A DNA stretch of 64,000 bases from Vitrella brassicaformis CCMP3155 (taxonomy: Eukaryota > Protista > Chromerida): positions 21,561 through 85,560 of the forward strand of contig CDMY01000404.1 of NCBI GenBank assembly GCA_001179505.1. The letters are read 5' to 3'. The first letter of the stretch is position 1, and each line of letters begins with the position of its first letter. Shown in pieces: positions 1 to 11,755 of this stretch. The notes beneath the pieces were generated by a model that did no database searches, had not been told where the DNA came from, and saw only the letters and a list, made by a program, of their open reading frames with translations. The translations under genes and the position numbers were made by a program.

Positions 1-165
1 GCCTCTCCCACCGATCCCTACGCGCGCATCTCTCCCTGTCTCTCTGTTGCCTGTCTGTGCGTCAGATACGTGAGTCTGGTTGGCGTGCGGCCGATGTAGC
101 TCGGTTGTCGGTAGACGATGGGTGGATGGAATACATGGGTAGAGCTCACTCAGACATGTGCGTGT
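1..165 (+). repeat. Inverted duplicate of ~30365-30530
   Basis: Reverse complement gtgagctctacccatgtattccatcc...ccgagctacatcggccgcacgccaaccagactcacg...acaggcaacagagagacagggag aligns by eye with the + strand at 30380-30510. Confidence 0.85.
66..99 (+). CDS. Terminal exon of a gene starting before the window; paralog of the gene at 30449-33365
   Basis: Acceptor gtcag| followed by A TAC GTG AGT CTG GTT GGC GTG CGG CCG ATG TAG (YVSLVGVRPM*). It matches the last exon HVSLVGVRLM* of the minus-strand gene ending at 30449, and the preceding intron is also similar. Confidence 0.6.
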
Positions 166-194
166 GTGAGCGTGGGTGACGATTTTGGTTCCTT

Positions 195-965
195 CCTGTC
201 TGCTGCCCCCTCAGCCCCCCCTCCCTCCCTCCCTCCCTCTCTCTGTCCCTGACAGTCACACAGCCGGGTCACCGACGAAGGGCTGGGCAGACAGGCGAGA
301 GAGGCAGCGGCAGGGATGAGCGAGCAGACGGCAAGACTCAGTCATGTGTGCAGCTGTTAGTGGAATGGATGACAGGCGGATGGACAGGATCGGTGGTGTG
401 CGTGTTGGCGATGGACGGACACACGTGTGTCATTCCTGGATGTGCGCGTGGATGTTTGCATGTTCGTTGAATGAATGCCTGTGGATTGACACCAACCACA
501 CACCCACACCCGCATTCACACGCGTGTGTCATTCGCTTCGTGCATCGTTGTGGGCTTCCCGCGACACCGTGCCGTGATGTCACACCGACATTGCTGACAT
601 GCAGCGGCGATGTTGCATCACGACGCAGTACGTGAGAAGCCCGCCCTTGAACACGCAGCAAGCACACACCTGTCTGTCTCTGGCTCTTCCATTCTCTCTC
701 TCTTGGATGTTGGCCGGTCCTGGCTCGTTTGACACACGGCACGCTGCCCAATGCAAAAACACCTGGGTCCAGGCATTCCTGCGAAGGGCACCGAACTCAA
801 GATCAAACGAGCCAGAATCGACCTCCCACACCAACCGAACGACGATACCAACAGAGGGGTAGATAGCACGACTGTTCAGACCCCACCACAGCAGCCATCC
901 ATCCATCCATCCGACATACACACACGGCCACTTAACGGCCCTCTCGCTCGCAAGACAACAACAGA
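195..965 (+). repeat. Inverted duplicate (~0.75 kb, probably non-coding) of ~26150-26900
   Basis: Long near-identical blocks, e.g. ggcacgctgcccaatgcaaaaacacctgggtccaggcattcctgc here and its reverse complement at ~26340-26385. Indels between the copies break shared reading frames. Confidence 0.9.
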
Positions 966-1012
966 CGCACCTCACCCCGACCTGCCTTACAACAAAACAG
1001 CCCCCCTCCCAG

Positions 1013-3245
1013 CTACGCCCGGACCTTCCTCGACGGCCGCCTGGGCTGCTCGCTTGGCTTTGGCTGTGGCTGCCCGTCTGTCGTCGACACACTGGCGGGT
1101 GGTGGTGGTGCGGGGCCTGTTGGCGAGCCCGACAGCCACAGCACGATGCAGAACAGGCGACGCTTGCACATCTGCAACTGCCACCTGCAGGCAGGAAGAC
1201 ACGACATACGGCAAGCAATGGGTGTTGGGGCTGGTGTTGTGTGGCGGGTCTCACTCGTTCGCTTACTCACCATGTGGTGTCTGACCGCAACAGCACGAGG
1301 GTGTCTGTGTGGGGGTCGAGTACACGCTCGCTCTGCATCGCATCAGTCCACCCATCCCATACACACCAGAGAATGTGTTGAGGACGGACGTGTTGGTTTG
1401 TTGTGGTGTGTTGCAGAGCTCGGCTCACGTCAGGGTTTTCCTCCAGATGGTCGAGCAGCGTTGATATGTCACGGGCCGGCAGAGCGCCATCCTGCAGCCA
1501 CTCACACAGGGAGAGAGAGAGAGAGAGCGAGAGTGCACCCAACACCCTCTCCCTCTTTCCCAGGCCTTACCGTGGTCTTGACGGCTTTGATGGCGCCCCC
1601 GTCTCTCTCAGTGTCCCACAGCAGGTCGCTCGAGAAGAAGTAGAGCAGCGTCAGCCGCCGCTCGTCATCGTGCTGCCGCATGGGACTCTTGGACGCGTTG
1701 TCCAGATGCCATGTGTACCGGTCGTCGTTGCCTGCATCCACCACACAGACAGCAGCCAGGAATGGTGCGTGTGCTGTGCTCTCTGTGTCGTGCTCTTTTA
1801 CCGTCGAAGCACCAGAGCTGTGGATCGGTGTGGCCGGTCAGCTGCAGACCTAGTGTGCTCTGACACAAGTGGATGGAGCAGGGAGCCACGCACAGGTGGG
1901 TGCGGTTGTGTGTCGATTTGTGTCTTTGCGTACGTTGGCCCGTTTGCACATCGACTTTGCGAAGGTGAGCACCAGCTCCAGCAGGTTGGCCAGCGCTCCA
2001 GTGGTGCTCACATCGCCGCTGTCGTGCTCCAGATGCTCGAACAACCTCTGCAGCACATCAAGACACACACATCAACCACATCAACTCTCTCTTTCTGTGT
2101 GTACTATTGGGTCGATTGCCTCACCCCCTACTCACCTTTTGCGTGATCGAGTGGAGCTGCTTGACGACGGGATTGAGCATGGCGACAGGGTTACTAGAAG
2201 GCTTCTCAGGCCGGTCAAACACGCCACTCGCGAACACCGCCGACGCCTCGTGAAACCCTCGGTCACTCATCGACGACTCGGCACCGGCACGACACACAGC
2301 AATGCCATTCGACCTCAGAAGAGCCAACATCTGAACAAGCCACACACCGACACACGACCTCCTCCCTCCCTCCCTCCCTCCCTCCCTCTCTCCCTCTCGC
2401 GCGCGCGCTCTTGCTCTCTCTCTCTCGTTGTGTGTGGGTGGGGTCAGCTCCCACCAGACCTCATCTGTGAGAGAGTCAGGTGAGCCCTTGAGCATGTCCA
2501 CATCCACAGGTGCGGGGAAGGGGGGCAGCGGGGTGCCGTTGGTGGCTGAGGCTGCAGCTGCAGCAGGGGGGTCGGGGTAGAGGGGACTCCATTGCGTGAA
2601 TGCCTTCCGGGCCGCCCCGCGACGCTCCTCATGCTCTATCTCCTACACCACACGACATGACACACAAATAACGCGCATAGCCATTCACAGCAATTTTGCT
2701 CACGTTGAGCATTTGTTTGGCCGCGGCATTGGTTGCATCGACCTCCAGCAGCGCCTGCAGGGTGACCTTGGCCTCCTCTGTGGCCCACGCGCCGCCGCCC
2801 TGGTCGCTCGGGAGCTTCCGGAGCGCCTCTGCCTTGCGGTAGAGGGCCTTGACGTTGGCCTGGTCCGACGCCAGCACCTTGTCGCAGTAAGCTGACAATC
2901 ACACACAACCACACACACACAGAGAGGGGGAGATGGCAACACGTATATCACCCTGTTTGGTGTGTCTGCATGGCTGTGCTCACCGATAGCGTCCTTGTAA
3001 GCCTCCCTTTTGAGGTTGACAAGCGACATGTTGCCGTATATCGACGAGCGGCACTCGGCAAGCTCCGCATCTTCCTCGTTGACACGCCCGCCCGGCCTGT
3101 CTGGCAAGAGATCTCTCAGCCTGTCCAGTGCTGCAGCCCAGACGGCGGCGGCCTCGTCGTAGCGGCCCTGCTTGAAGAGCCTGTTGCCCTCGTCCTTCAT
3201 CTCACGTGGGTCGGGACCCGCGTCAAGATCCTCAAACTGAACCAT
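1013..3245 (-). CDS. TPR-domain protein fused to a C-terminal EGLN/PHD-like 2OG-Fe(II) oxygenase domain (multi-exon)
   Basis: N-terminal TPRs: KDEGNRLFKQGRYDEAAAVW, IYGNMSLVNLKREAY, NVKALYRKAEAL. Spliced C-terminus: LWCFDG.NDDRYTWHLDN..RRLTLLYFF..WDTERDGG..LDPHTDTLVLLRSD..RRLFCIVLWLSG*, which follows the PHD pattern Y.xHxDN..R..T..YY...W....GG. Confidence 0.75.
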
Positions 3246-3578
3246 CTGTTTTGCAGGAAGGAGCCTTCAGATCAAACACAGCGGTTGGACTTTTCGCGTC
3301 GAGAGATCTGCTTCTCACAGCTCGCCTCTTTGTTTCACGGACAAGCTGAGCTCGCAACTGGAGTTGGCGGTGACTCGCCGCGCTTTGCGCAGGATGGTCT
3401 GGTTGTGCCGTCTGCTGCTTCCTTCTGCGTGTTGAAAGGGCGGCGGATGAGTTAAATCTTCGTCGAAGTTTCTGCAGAAAATTGTTAGGGTACGTAAACA
3501 CCCGTCGGTCCTGCCTTATTGACACGCAGAGGGCATAGACGCGACTAGAGGATGACCGGATGAGAATGGCTCACCGAG

Positions 3579-6256
3579 ATGGACCAATTCTACAAGGTGA
3601 ATGACCCAGAAAGGACAAAAAACGAAATTGCGGGGTCGTGTGTGTGCTGCGAATGCATTGGATGACGTGTCGGTTTGGTCTGTGTGTCCTTTCAGACGAA
3701 GATGTGTCCGCACATTCTGCGGGTGAGAAGAAAACACGGCCACAACTCAGACAGCCAGACAGTCAGACAGATGGAGAGATCAGAGGAAGCGCGGCTATCA
3801 GCAATCAGACAGAGATGAGATGATGAATCGCACACACACACACACACACGCATGGCTGGAGGAGAGAGAGGGACAGACGTCATATCAGTCACATAATCCT
3901 TTCCACTGAGTGTTTGTTCTGTTGGATGGCGTGTCGCATGTGTGTGTGTCTTTAGGGGAGTTGTGTGCGGGGTCAGTGGTGCACCTACGCCCACTCGCCG
4001 GCAGAGCTGAACCCCCTGCAGGACCTCAGGAAGACCAAACTCTGCGAAGCTTGGCTGCACGTGAGCTGCCAGTGACTCACAATGAATGAATGAATGAATC
4101 GCTGGCCACCTCAACTGCACACGCATTATTCTGCTGATGGCTGTGGCTGGTATGGATGCCGTCTGTCTGTTTTGCTTCAGAGCGTGTGTCATGATCTCAA
4201 CTGCAAATTTGCCCACGGGTGAGGAGATGGGATGGACGGGTAGACAGGCGGGGCGGGCAGGGAGGGCTATGTGTGTGATTGAGTGGTTGACGTGACGAAT
4301 ATATTGGATTGACCTGTCTGTCTGTCTGTCTGTCGTGCGTCACGTTCCACTCACTCCACCAGGGAGCAGGAATTGCGGTGCACCGATGACTACTACAAGA
4401 CAGGTAGGTAAACAAAGGAGTGAAAACCCGTGTGTGTTTGCCTCGCTCCATCGCCATGTCATGTGCGTTCGTTGGTTCCTTTAATGCAGCGCTGTGCAAG
4501 TTTTGGAAGCAGGGCAGCTGCCCTTTCGGCCTGGCATGCCGACACGCACACGGCATTCAGGAAGTCAGGACACGCAAGTACGCACACACGCACACACACA
4601 CACGCACACACACACACACACACACCGTGGCGTGCTTCAGGTATCGGCTGACGGAGGGTCAGAAGAAGGAGCTGGCCGTCAAGAAGAAGCAGAAGGAGTA
4701 CGACCGGCGGAACCACATGCGGGCCAACAAAAAGATGATGATGATGACCATGATGAATAATGGAGCCGCCAACAACGCAGCCGACACAGCCGACGCCGCA
4801 ACCACCGCACCACCAGCAGCACCGCCAGACACCATCAATGTCACCAACGGCACATTCACACCGTCGCCGCCTCCCCCGCCCCCACCACCTCCCCCAATCA
4901 GCCCCCACACACAGACGCAGTCGCCATCGTCCCGAGAAGACAGCACGACGGCTCCGCTGCCCCTCCCGGCCTCGTGTGTGATGGAGGACGTGGGTCAGTG
5001 GCCGGGGTCGGCCCACGACACGCCGATGAGCGCGCACTCGCTGCCGATATGGCAAGGCAGGTGCCGCATCATGTCGGACGAGAGTCAGCGGGCGCTGCAG
5101 ATGGCGAGGGAGGCGAGATCTATGAGTGACGGCGCCGTGGCTGGCCCAGTGCAAGGGCAAGAGCAAGAGCAATTGCAGCAGGGAATGGGAGGGGGAGAGG
5201 CTGAGGGTCATGGCCAGCATCCCGTTTCTTCGTCTTCGTTATTATTGTCTCGATGGCGGTCGCTGTCTTTTGAAGGAGGCGCTTCAGGCCCCATCAGCAA
5301 GGGGCCGCCGTCTGCGTCAGGCGCCATCTCGCCCCACATGCACTCCCCCGTCCCCTCCCTCCCATTTGCCAGCCGGAAGCTCTCCAGCATGAGCCACGCC
5401 AGCACCAACTACACCAGCTACACCGACTCGACCAACACCACCCTGCTCACCTACGGCGGGGGCCGCTCGCGCGTCAACTCGGCCGCCACACACACTGCTG
5501 CTGCCCTGCCGCCATTACCCAGCCCACCACACCTGAGAGCGGGCTCGGGCGGTCCGCAGCTCTTTATGGATGCCTTGGGGGCTGCTTCGAGCGGCCGGGG
5601 ACCACCCAGAGCAGACACAGCGCCTGCAATGGTCCCAGTGGCTGGGCTGAGGGCACACAAGCGGGGCCACCGCGCCCGGGCGTTCATGCAGCATCACCGG
5701 AATCGGGCGGAGACCGATGGCGTGATGGTCGAGGACTCGCCGGCGCGGTCCGCCGGCAGGCACCACCCCATGATGCCGATGGACTCCTCGCCCGTGTCAT
5801 CGGGCGACGGCGGCCAGCTCAGCTCGCGGCCGTCATCCCCCTCTCCCCCACCCTTCCCCCTCGCCCCATTCCACTCGCCCGACCACCAGAGTGTGTCGCT
5901 GCGTGTAAGCCTGGCGCACCCCTTCACGAGCCCGTTCTCTGCTCCCAGCACGCCGGGTCGTTCGTCGGTGCAGGGTGGGGGTATTGGTGGTGGCGGCGGT
6001 GGTGTTGGTGGGATGGATGTGGGTCGTCAGTTCTCTGGATCGTCGATGCTGACCTCGTTTGGAACGCCGTCGCCGTCGAGCGCCGCGCAGGCGAGCTTGC
6101 TGCAGGTCGTGGGAGTCGGAAAGCCATACACCATCACTGCTGAAGGTGAGACGAACACATAAGGGAGAGAGGGAGAGATTGATGCGATGCATTCTCGTGT
6201 TCTCTTTATGTCGATCAGTCTTGGCTGAGGCGCAGCCTGACCGCTATGAGGAGTGA
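3579..6256 (+). CDS. Triple CCCH zinc-finger protein with a long low-complexity Pro/Ser-rich tail
   Basis: Spliced small exons give MDQFYK|TKMCPHILR|GSCVRGQWCTYAH..LRKTKLCEAWLH|SVCHDLNCKFAHG|EQELRCTDDYYKT|ALCKFWKQGSCPFGLACRHAHG. All introns are GT-AG. Last exon LAEAQPDRYEE*. Confidence 0.9.
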
Positions 6257-6386
6257 GTGACTGGCGCATTCTGGCGGGCGGCAAGAGGGCCCAAGCAGCT
6301 GACATGGGGTGGGTGGTGTGACAAGTAAAGCCAGGATAGAGATCGGGATGGATGACGGGGTCAGGGGAGGGGGGGGGGGGGGGGGT

Positions 6387-6686
6387 NNNNNNNNNNNNNN
6401 NNNNNNNNNNNNNNNNNNNNNNNNNNNNNNNNNNNNNNNNNNNNNNNNNNNNNNNNNNNNNNNNNNNNNNNNNNNNNNNNNNNNNNNNNNNNNNNNNNNN
6501 NNNNNNNNNNNNNNNNNNNNNNNNNNNNNNNNNNNNNNNNNNNNNNNNNNNNNNNNNNNNNNNNNNNNNNNNNNNNNNNNNNNNNNNNNNNNNNNNNNNN
6601 NNNNNNNNNNNNNNNNNNNNNNNNNNNNNNNNNNNNNNNNNNNNNNNNNNNNNNNNNNNNNNNNNNNNNNNNNNNNNNNNNNNNNN
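6387..6686. other. Assembly gap (300 N) flanked by poly-G
   Basis: Run of N with G-runs on both sides. Confidence 0.99.
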
Positions 6687-6699
6687 GGGGGGGGGGATT

Positions 6700-9600
6700 G
6701 GGCCGTTTTGCTTTCTGTCTGTCTGTCTATCTTTCCTAGCGATTCATTCCTGTCTGCCTGCCTGTACGTGGCTGCTATTATTGCTGTCTGAGGGAGCGAG
6801 CGATCGATCTGCCGAGGGGCGGCTTAAGGGAGCTATGACGTTACCTGTGTTCATCGTTCGATGATTGTTTTGCCTCTCTCGTTTTATTGCGATGAAGAGA
6901 ACAGCCCGGCGGACCGGGCCGGACCCACTTTGAGCGGTCCACACGCCGACCGACAGGCCAGTCGGCTGCATACCTACACACGTGCATGAGAATGAGATGC
7001 ATGGATGGACCCATACACACACGCCATTCACACACGACCCTTGTTACCTCCCTCCCTCCGTCCCTCCGTCCCTCCCTCCCCGTTCCATCGAGAGAGTAGT
7101 GGTGTACCGTAGTTGGTGCGAGAGATTGAGCGGTTGCGAGGGACAGGGAGAGAGAGAGCTGCCTGTGGGTGTGCATACATACGGATGTGCATGCTTGTGT
7201 GCATATCATTAGGGAGAGCTCCTTTCTTTCCCTTTGCTTTTGCACACCACAATGATACCACACCACACCGATCCGCCCCGCCTCTGTCGTCTGGCCACCT
7301 TTCATTTCGTCCGTTGGTTCGTTCGCTACCTGCATGTGCATGTGCGTGTGCGTGTCGCGTATGTGAGTGTTCTAATGCTCCTCCAATACAAGATGTTGCT
7401 GTTGTGAGGTTCCCTCCAATTTCCTTTTGACGGACTGGTCCGGCGTGGTGTGGTGTGGTGTGGTGTGGTGTGCTTCGGTCGGTTGGCTTGGGTTGGGCAG
7501 ATAGAGATTTAAGCGAGAAGCGGGCGACCCAGAGAGGGCGGGTGAGCGAGGGGACGGGTGAGCGAATGAGAATTGCGCCATACGTACATGCCTCCACCCC
7601 CGGCTGCATGCCATGCCGGTCTTCTTCCTCGCCGATCCGATCATCCTGTTTTGTGATCGGAGGAGCGGTGCATGCCATGCGTTGATGCCTACGTGGAGTG
7701 GATGAATCGATGAAGCGCGCTGACACACAGAGAGGGATGGGGAGGGATGGGATGGAGAGGCTCTGCATGTGCATGTGGTCTGGTGTTGTGTTGTGCTATG
7801 TGGGAAGAACGAACCAACGACGATGATGAAGGCTGTTGAGCGCAGAACAGCCCTCCCGCGCGCGTAAGAGAGCGAGAGCGAGAGATATAGAGAGATTTCC
7901 TGTTTTCTTGCATGTCGCTCTTCTCTTCTCGTCTCTTTTGTTGCGATCGATGAGTGCCATACGTACGCGTGCGTCCGTAGGGACCCACATGCCAGGCATC
8001 TCTCCAGCCCAGCCCACCTACTGGCAGTCAATGTAATGCAGGCACTGGCCTGCCTCTTATCATCCATATGCATATGTGCGTGTGTGCATGCTGGGAGGGA
8101 TCCCGGGCACTTTCTCAATCCATGCTCCTCCCTATGTGGTTTAGTGGCCGACTCGCACACACACTCACACACCGACTCGCACTCACACACGCGACACAGG
8201 ACATGCATGACACACACAGAGGGCTGGCTGGCCTGTCTGCCCGGTGCGTGCGGTGCGGTGCGGTGCGTTCTATCTATCTGTGTGTGGAATGAACCGGGTG
8301 ATATGACTGACGGGCTGGGCGTACGTCCTTTCCTGCCCGCGTACGTAAGTATTTGTTTGCGACACACAACACAAGGGGAGCCCTCCCCTGCCCCTGCTGC
8401 CTGCCGGCTTTCTTTCTTTCTCATATATACGGAGAAGACAAGTGCATACCCGCGTACGTACCAGAATGTGTCGGCCGGCCGGTCGGTCGGTCGGTCGGTT
8501 GCTCACAGTACAATGACCCATGTCATGTGGCCCAATGACCTTGCTCAGTGGGTGGGCGGGGGGAGAGTGGGGGGAGGGAAGCTCCTTTGTTGGTTTGTTC
8601 TTGTTTGTGTGCATGCCATGTGCTCAGTCAGCTGTTGTTGGTTGGGGTTGCGGTGCGTGTGTCAGTTATTTGTTGCTCGATCGCTGAACAACACATACAT
8701 ACACGAATGTGTGTACCTATCTAGCTATCTATCGACTGACTGGTCGGGGCGGGGCAAGTGTGCATATATAGCTGACTGACTGAGATGCGGACTTGCCTGC
8801 CGGTCTGACTCTCTACCTGCATGTCTTCTCACTCTCTCTCCTTCACTCACCCTCACTTGCCTGCCTGGTGTGTTACGCCTGTCTGTCTGTCTGTCTTTCT
8901 GTCTGTGCGTCTGTGTATCTCCCTCCTCCCCCCCAGAGTGCCGACTTCCTTGAGCTGACAGAACGGTGACAGACAGCAACAGACAGACGGCCGTCTCACC
9001 TCTCCCCTTCACTATTTTCTCCTGCCTGCCTGCCTGCCTGAGTACATGCGACTTTTTTCTCCTGTCTGTCTGTCTGTCTGTCTTTCTGGGTGTCTGTCTT
9101 GGTGTGATCGGCTGGCTGGCTGGCCGACACAGCCGCAGATCCATCGGCGGCTGTGTTGTCTGTATATCAGTGAACGTCACCGATGGATGGATGGATGGCG
9201 AGAGGGGTCTGTCTGTCTGTCTATTTGCTTGTCTGTCTGTCTGCCTGTCTTGTGAAGCATACACACAGATCTGCCAGCTCGCTCGTGCGCTGTCTGCTCA
9301 TGTAGTGGTCGGCCAGGTTGCCTGTTTGCCTCTTACAGAGGGCATTCCAGCCGCCTGGCCGGCATCGGCATGAAGCGGACAGCACACGAGCAGCAAAGGC
9401 ACCGGAGAGAGAGCGAGAGAGCTCGAGCACACCGATATCAGGCGGCCAGTGAGATGGAATCAAATTGCGTTGACTGACTGACTGACTGGACGTGGTGGGG
9501 AGGGCGGGGGAGGGGAGTCGGGTAGGTCATTTACTTTGCTTGCAGAGAGAGAGAGAGAAGAGGGCCTTACTTTGTGTTGTGATTGTTGTCTAGAGGTACC

Positions 9601-10241
9601 ACGGTGGCGTGGCCATGTGTGCGAGGCAGTGCACAGCTGCAGTGGCGCTTTGCCGGCCGAGGCCCCATATATCACGAATTACGTTTGCACCACTTGCCTC
9701 TTCGATGATGCTATGCACCCATCTATCTCGGCTTGACTCGACTCGACTCGGCTTGCTTTCATTGTATTGTGTTGCTGTGTTTGTTGCATCCCCTCCCCAA
9801 TCCGATTCCATTCCATTCACTCAGTCAGCCAATCCATTTGCCTTGGCCATTTTTCAACACTATCCACCGTGTTTGTGTTGCAATCATCCACACACACACA
9901 GAGCCACACACGCATGGAGAGCCCAGATAGGGCAGGCCCGACACACACTTTTTTTGGTGAATTCGTTCCTTATTGCCTCCCTCCCTCGCTGCGCTGAGCC
10001 ATCTGCGTCTCTCTCACCCACACACGAAGACACCCAGCCATTTCTATTTTTCCCCCTCCCTGTTTGCACAACGCACAGGTTGTTTCAAGCACGCCAGCCA
10101 CCGATGCGATGCGATGCGATGCGTGTGTGTGTTCCATTCACTCACTCGTTCACTCACCGATTGATTGCATCCGCATGCCCATTTTTCTCTCTCGCCCTTG
10201 TTGTTCGTTTGCGTGCCGTTTGTTTGACGCAGCCATCCATC

Positions 10242-10274
<33 letters not shown>

Positions 10275-11600
10275 TGTATGTGTTGTGTGCGTGACGAAGT
10301 GCAGTGAGCCACCTGGTCTGAGACGTCCACATATTCATCTGGGCTGCCTGCCATCCATCCATCCACACACACACACACATACGCATCAACCATCACACAC
10401 AAACGACGTTTGTGTACTTCCATCATGCATTCCGTCATCTTACCTACCTACCTCAATAATTATATTTCGTTTCCTTCCTATGAAGGCCTCTCTCTATGCG
10501 AGCCCCTTTCTGCGTTTGCACGTGAGTGACTCTTCCCNNNNNNNNNNNNNNNNNNNNNNNNNNNNNNNNNNNNNNNNNNNNNNNNNNNNNNNNNNNNNNN
10601 NNNNNNNNNNNNNNNNNNNNNNNNNNNNNNNNNNNNNNNNNNNNNNNNNNNNNNNNNNNNNNNNNNNNNNNNNNNNNNNNNNNNNNNNNNNNNNNNNNNN
10701 NNNNNNNNNNNNNNNNNNNNNNNNNNNNNNNNNNNNNNNNNNNNNNNNNNNNNNNNNNNNNNNNNNNNNNNNNNNNNNNNNNNNNNNNNNNNNNNNNNNN
10801 NNNNNNNNNNNNNNNNNNNNNNNNNNNNNNNNNNNNNCCCCCTCTCTCTCTCTGTTTGCCGTGGCCGTCCACTCCTGCCCGCCTCCCTGACCTGTCCGCC
10901 CCGTCCGGCTGTGCGCCTGTCAAGTGAAGTGTGCCCGCCTCTCTCCCTTGGACCGATGTCTCTCTCGTGCCGTGCTGGCAAATGGGGGTGTTTGTTTGTC
11001 GGTATGCATGTGTGTGTGTGTGTGTGTGTGCCGAGAAAGGAGGAGAGAGGGTCGCGTCGCGTGTCCGTCTGTCCGTCTGTCAGTCGTGGGGTGTCGTCAT
11101 GGTATGGTTGATTCGTTGGTTGATTTCTATCGAGCGCCAGCCGGCTGGCCGGCCTGTGTGTGCGTGCTGTCTGGCTCGTGGAGGATGGACGCAGCCAGAG
11201 AGGCATGCAGCAAGATCCGGCGGAGTTGGTCTCGAGGACAGCGTACACACATCAACTCTCGTATCTTTGTGTGTAGCTGGAGACATTGACAGATGTCCAG
11301 ATGGGATGCATTGTGGAATTTAGTCGATGGTCGACAGACAGACAGACAGACAGACAGACGAGCGGGGAATGGTTGCTGCTGCTGCTGCTGCTGTGTATAT
11401 GTGCTGTGGTCTGCGTGTCCTGTGGATGGATGGATGGATGGACCTGTCTGCCTGCCCGCCTGTTTGTCTGTCTCGGTTTATCCCTCTCTCTCTCTGCCTC
11501 TCTGCGCACGAATGTGCCTGACTGCCCCCCTGACTGACCTGACTGTCGTGTGGTTGATTGGATCCATATGCACGCCAACCAGAGTTTCACTGCCCTTTGG
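6700..11600. repeat. Microsatellite-dense region with no confident CDS
   Basis: Many (GTCT)n, (GGAT)n, (CA)n, (GA)n, (GTGTG)n and (GATGC)n tracts. ORF-track products here are mostly repeat-derived. Confidence 0.7.
10538..10837. other. Assembly gap (300 N)
   Basis: Run of N with short C-runs on both sides. Confidence 0.99.
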
Positions 11601-11755
11601 TCTCAACGACTCACACATCATCACTAAAGGCCTTCAATGCGTAGTGTCAAGGTATCACTAGCAAGGCAAGCACCGAAATCCTTCTCTCTCCTCTCCTCCA
11701 CGACGTCACAAAAAATGCGCCCCACACGTCCCTCCTCATATAAATCCCCGGCTGC

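Noticed and set aside
599-862. Conserved ORF (LSWMLAGPGSFDTRHAAQCKNTWVQAF) shared with 26073-26516
   Set aside because: Conservation is explained by recent DNA duplication; indels shift frames between the copies on both strands.
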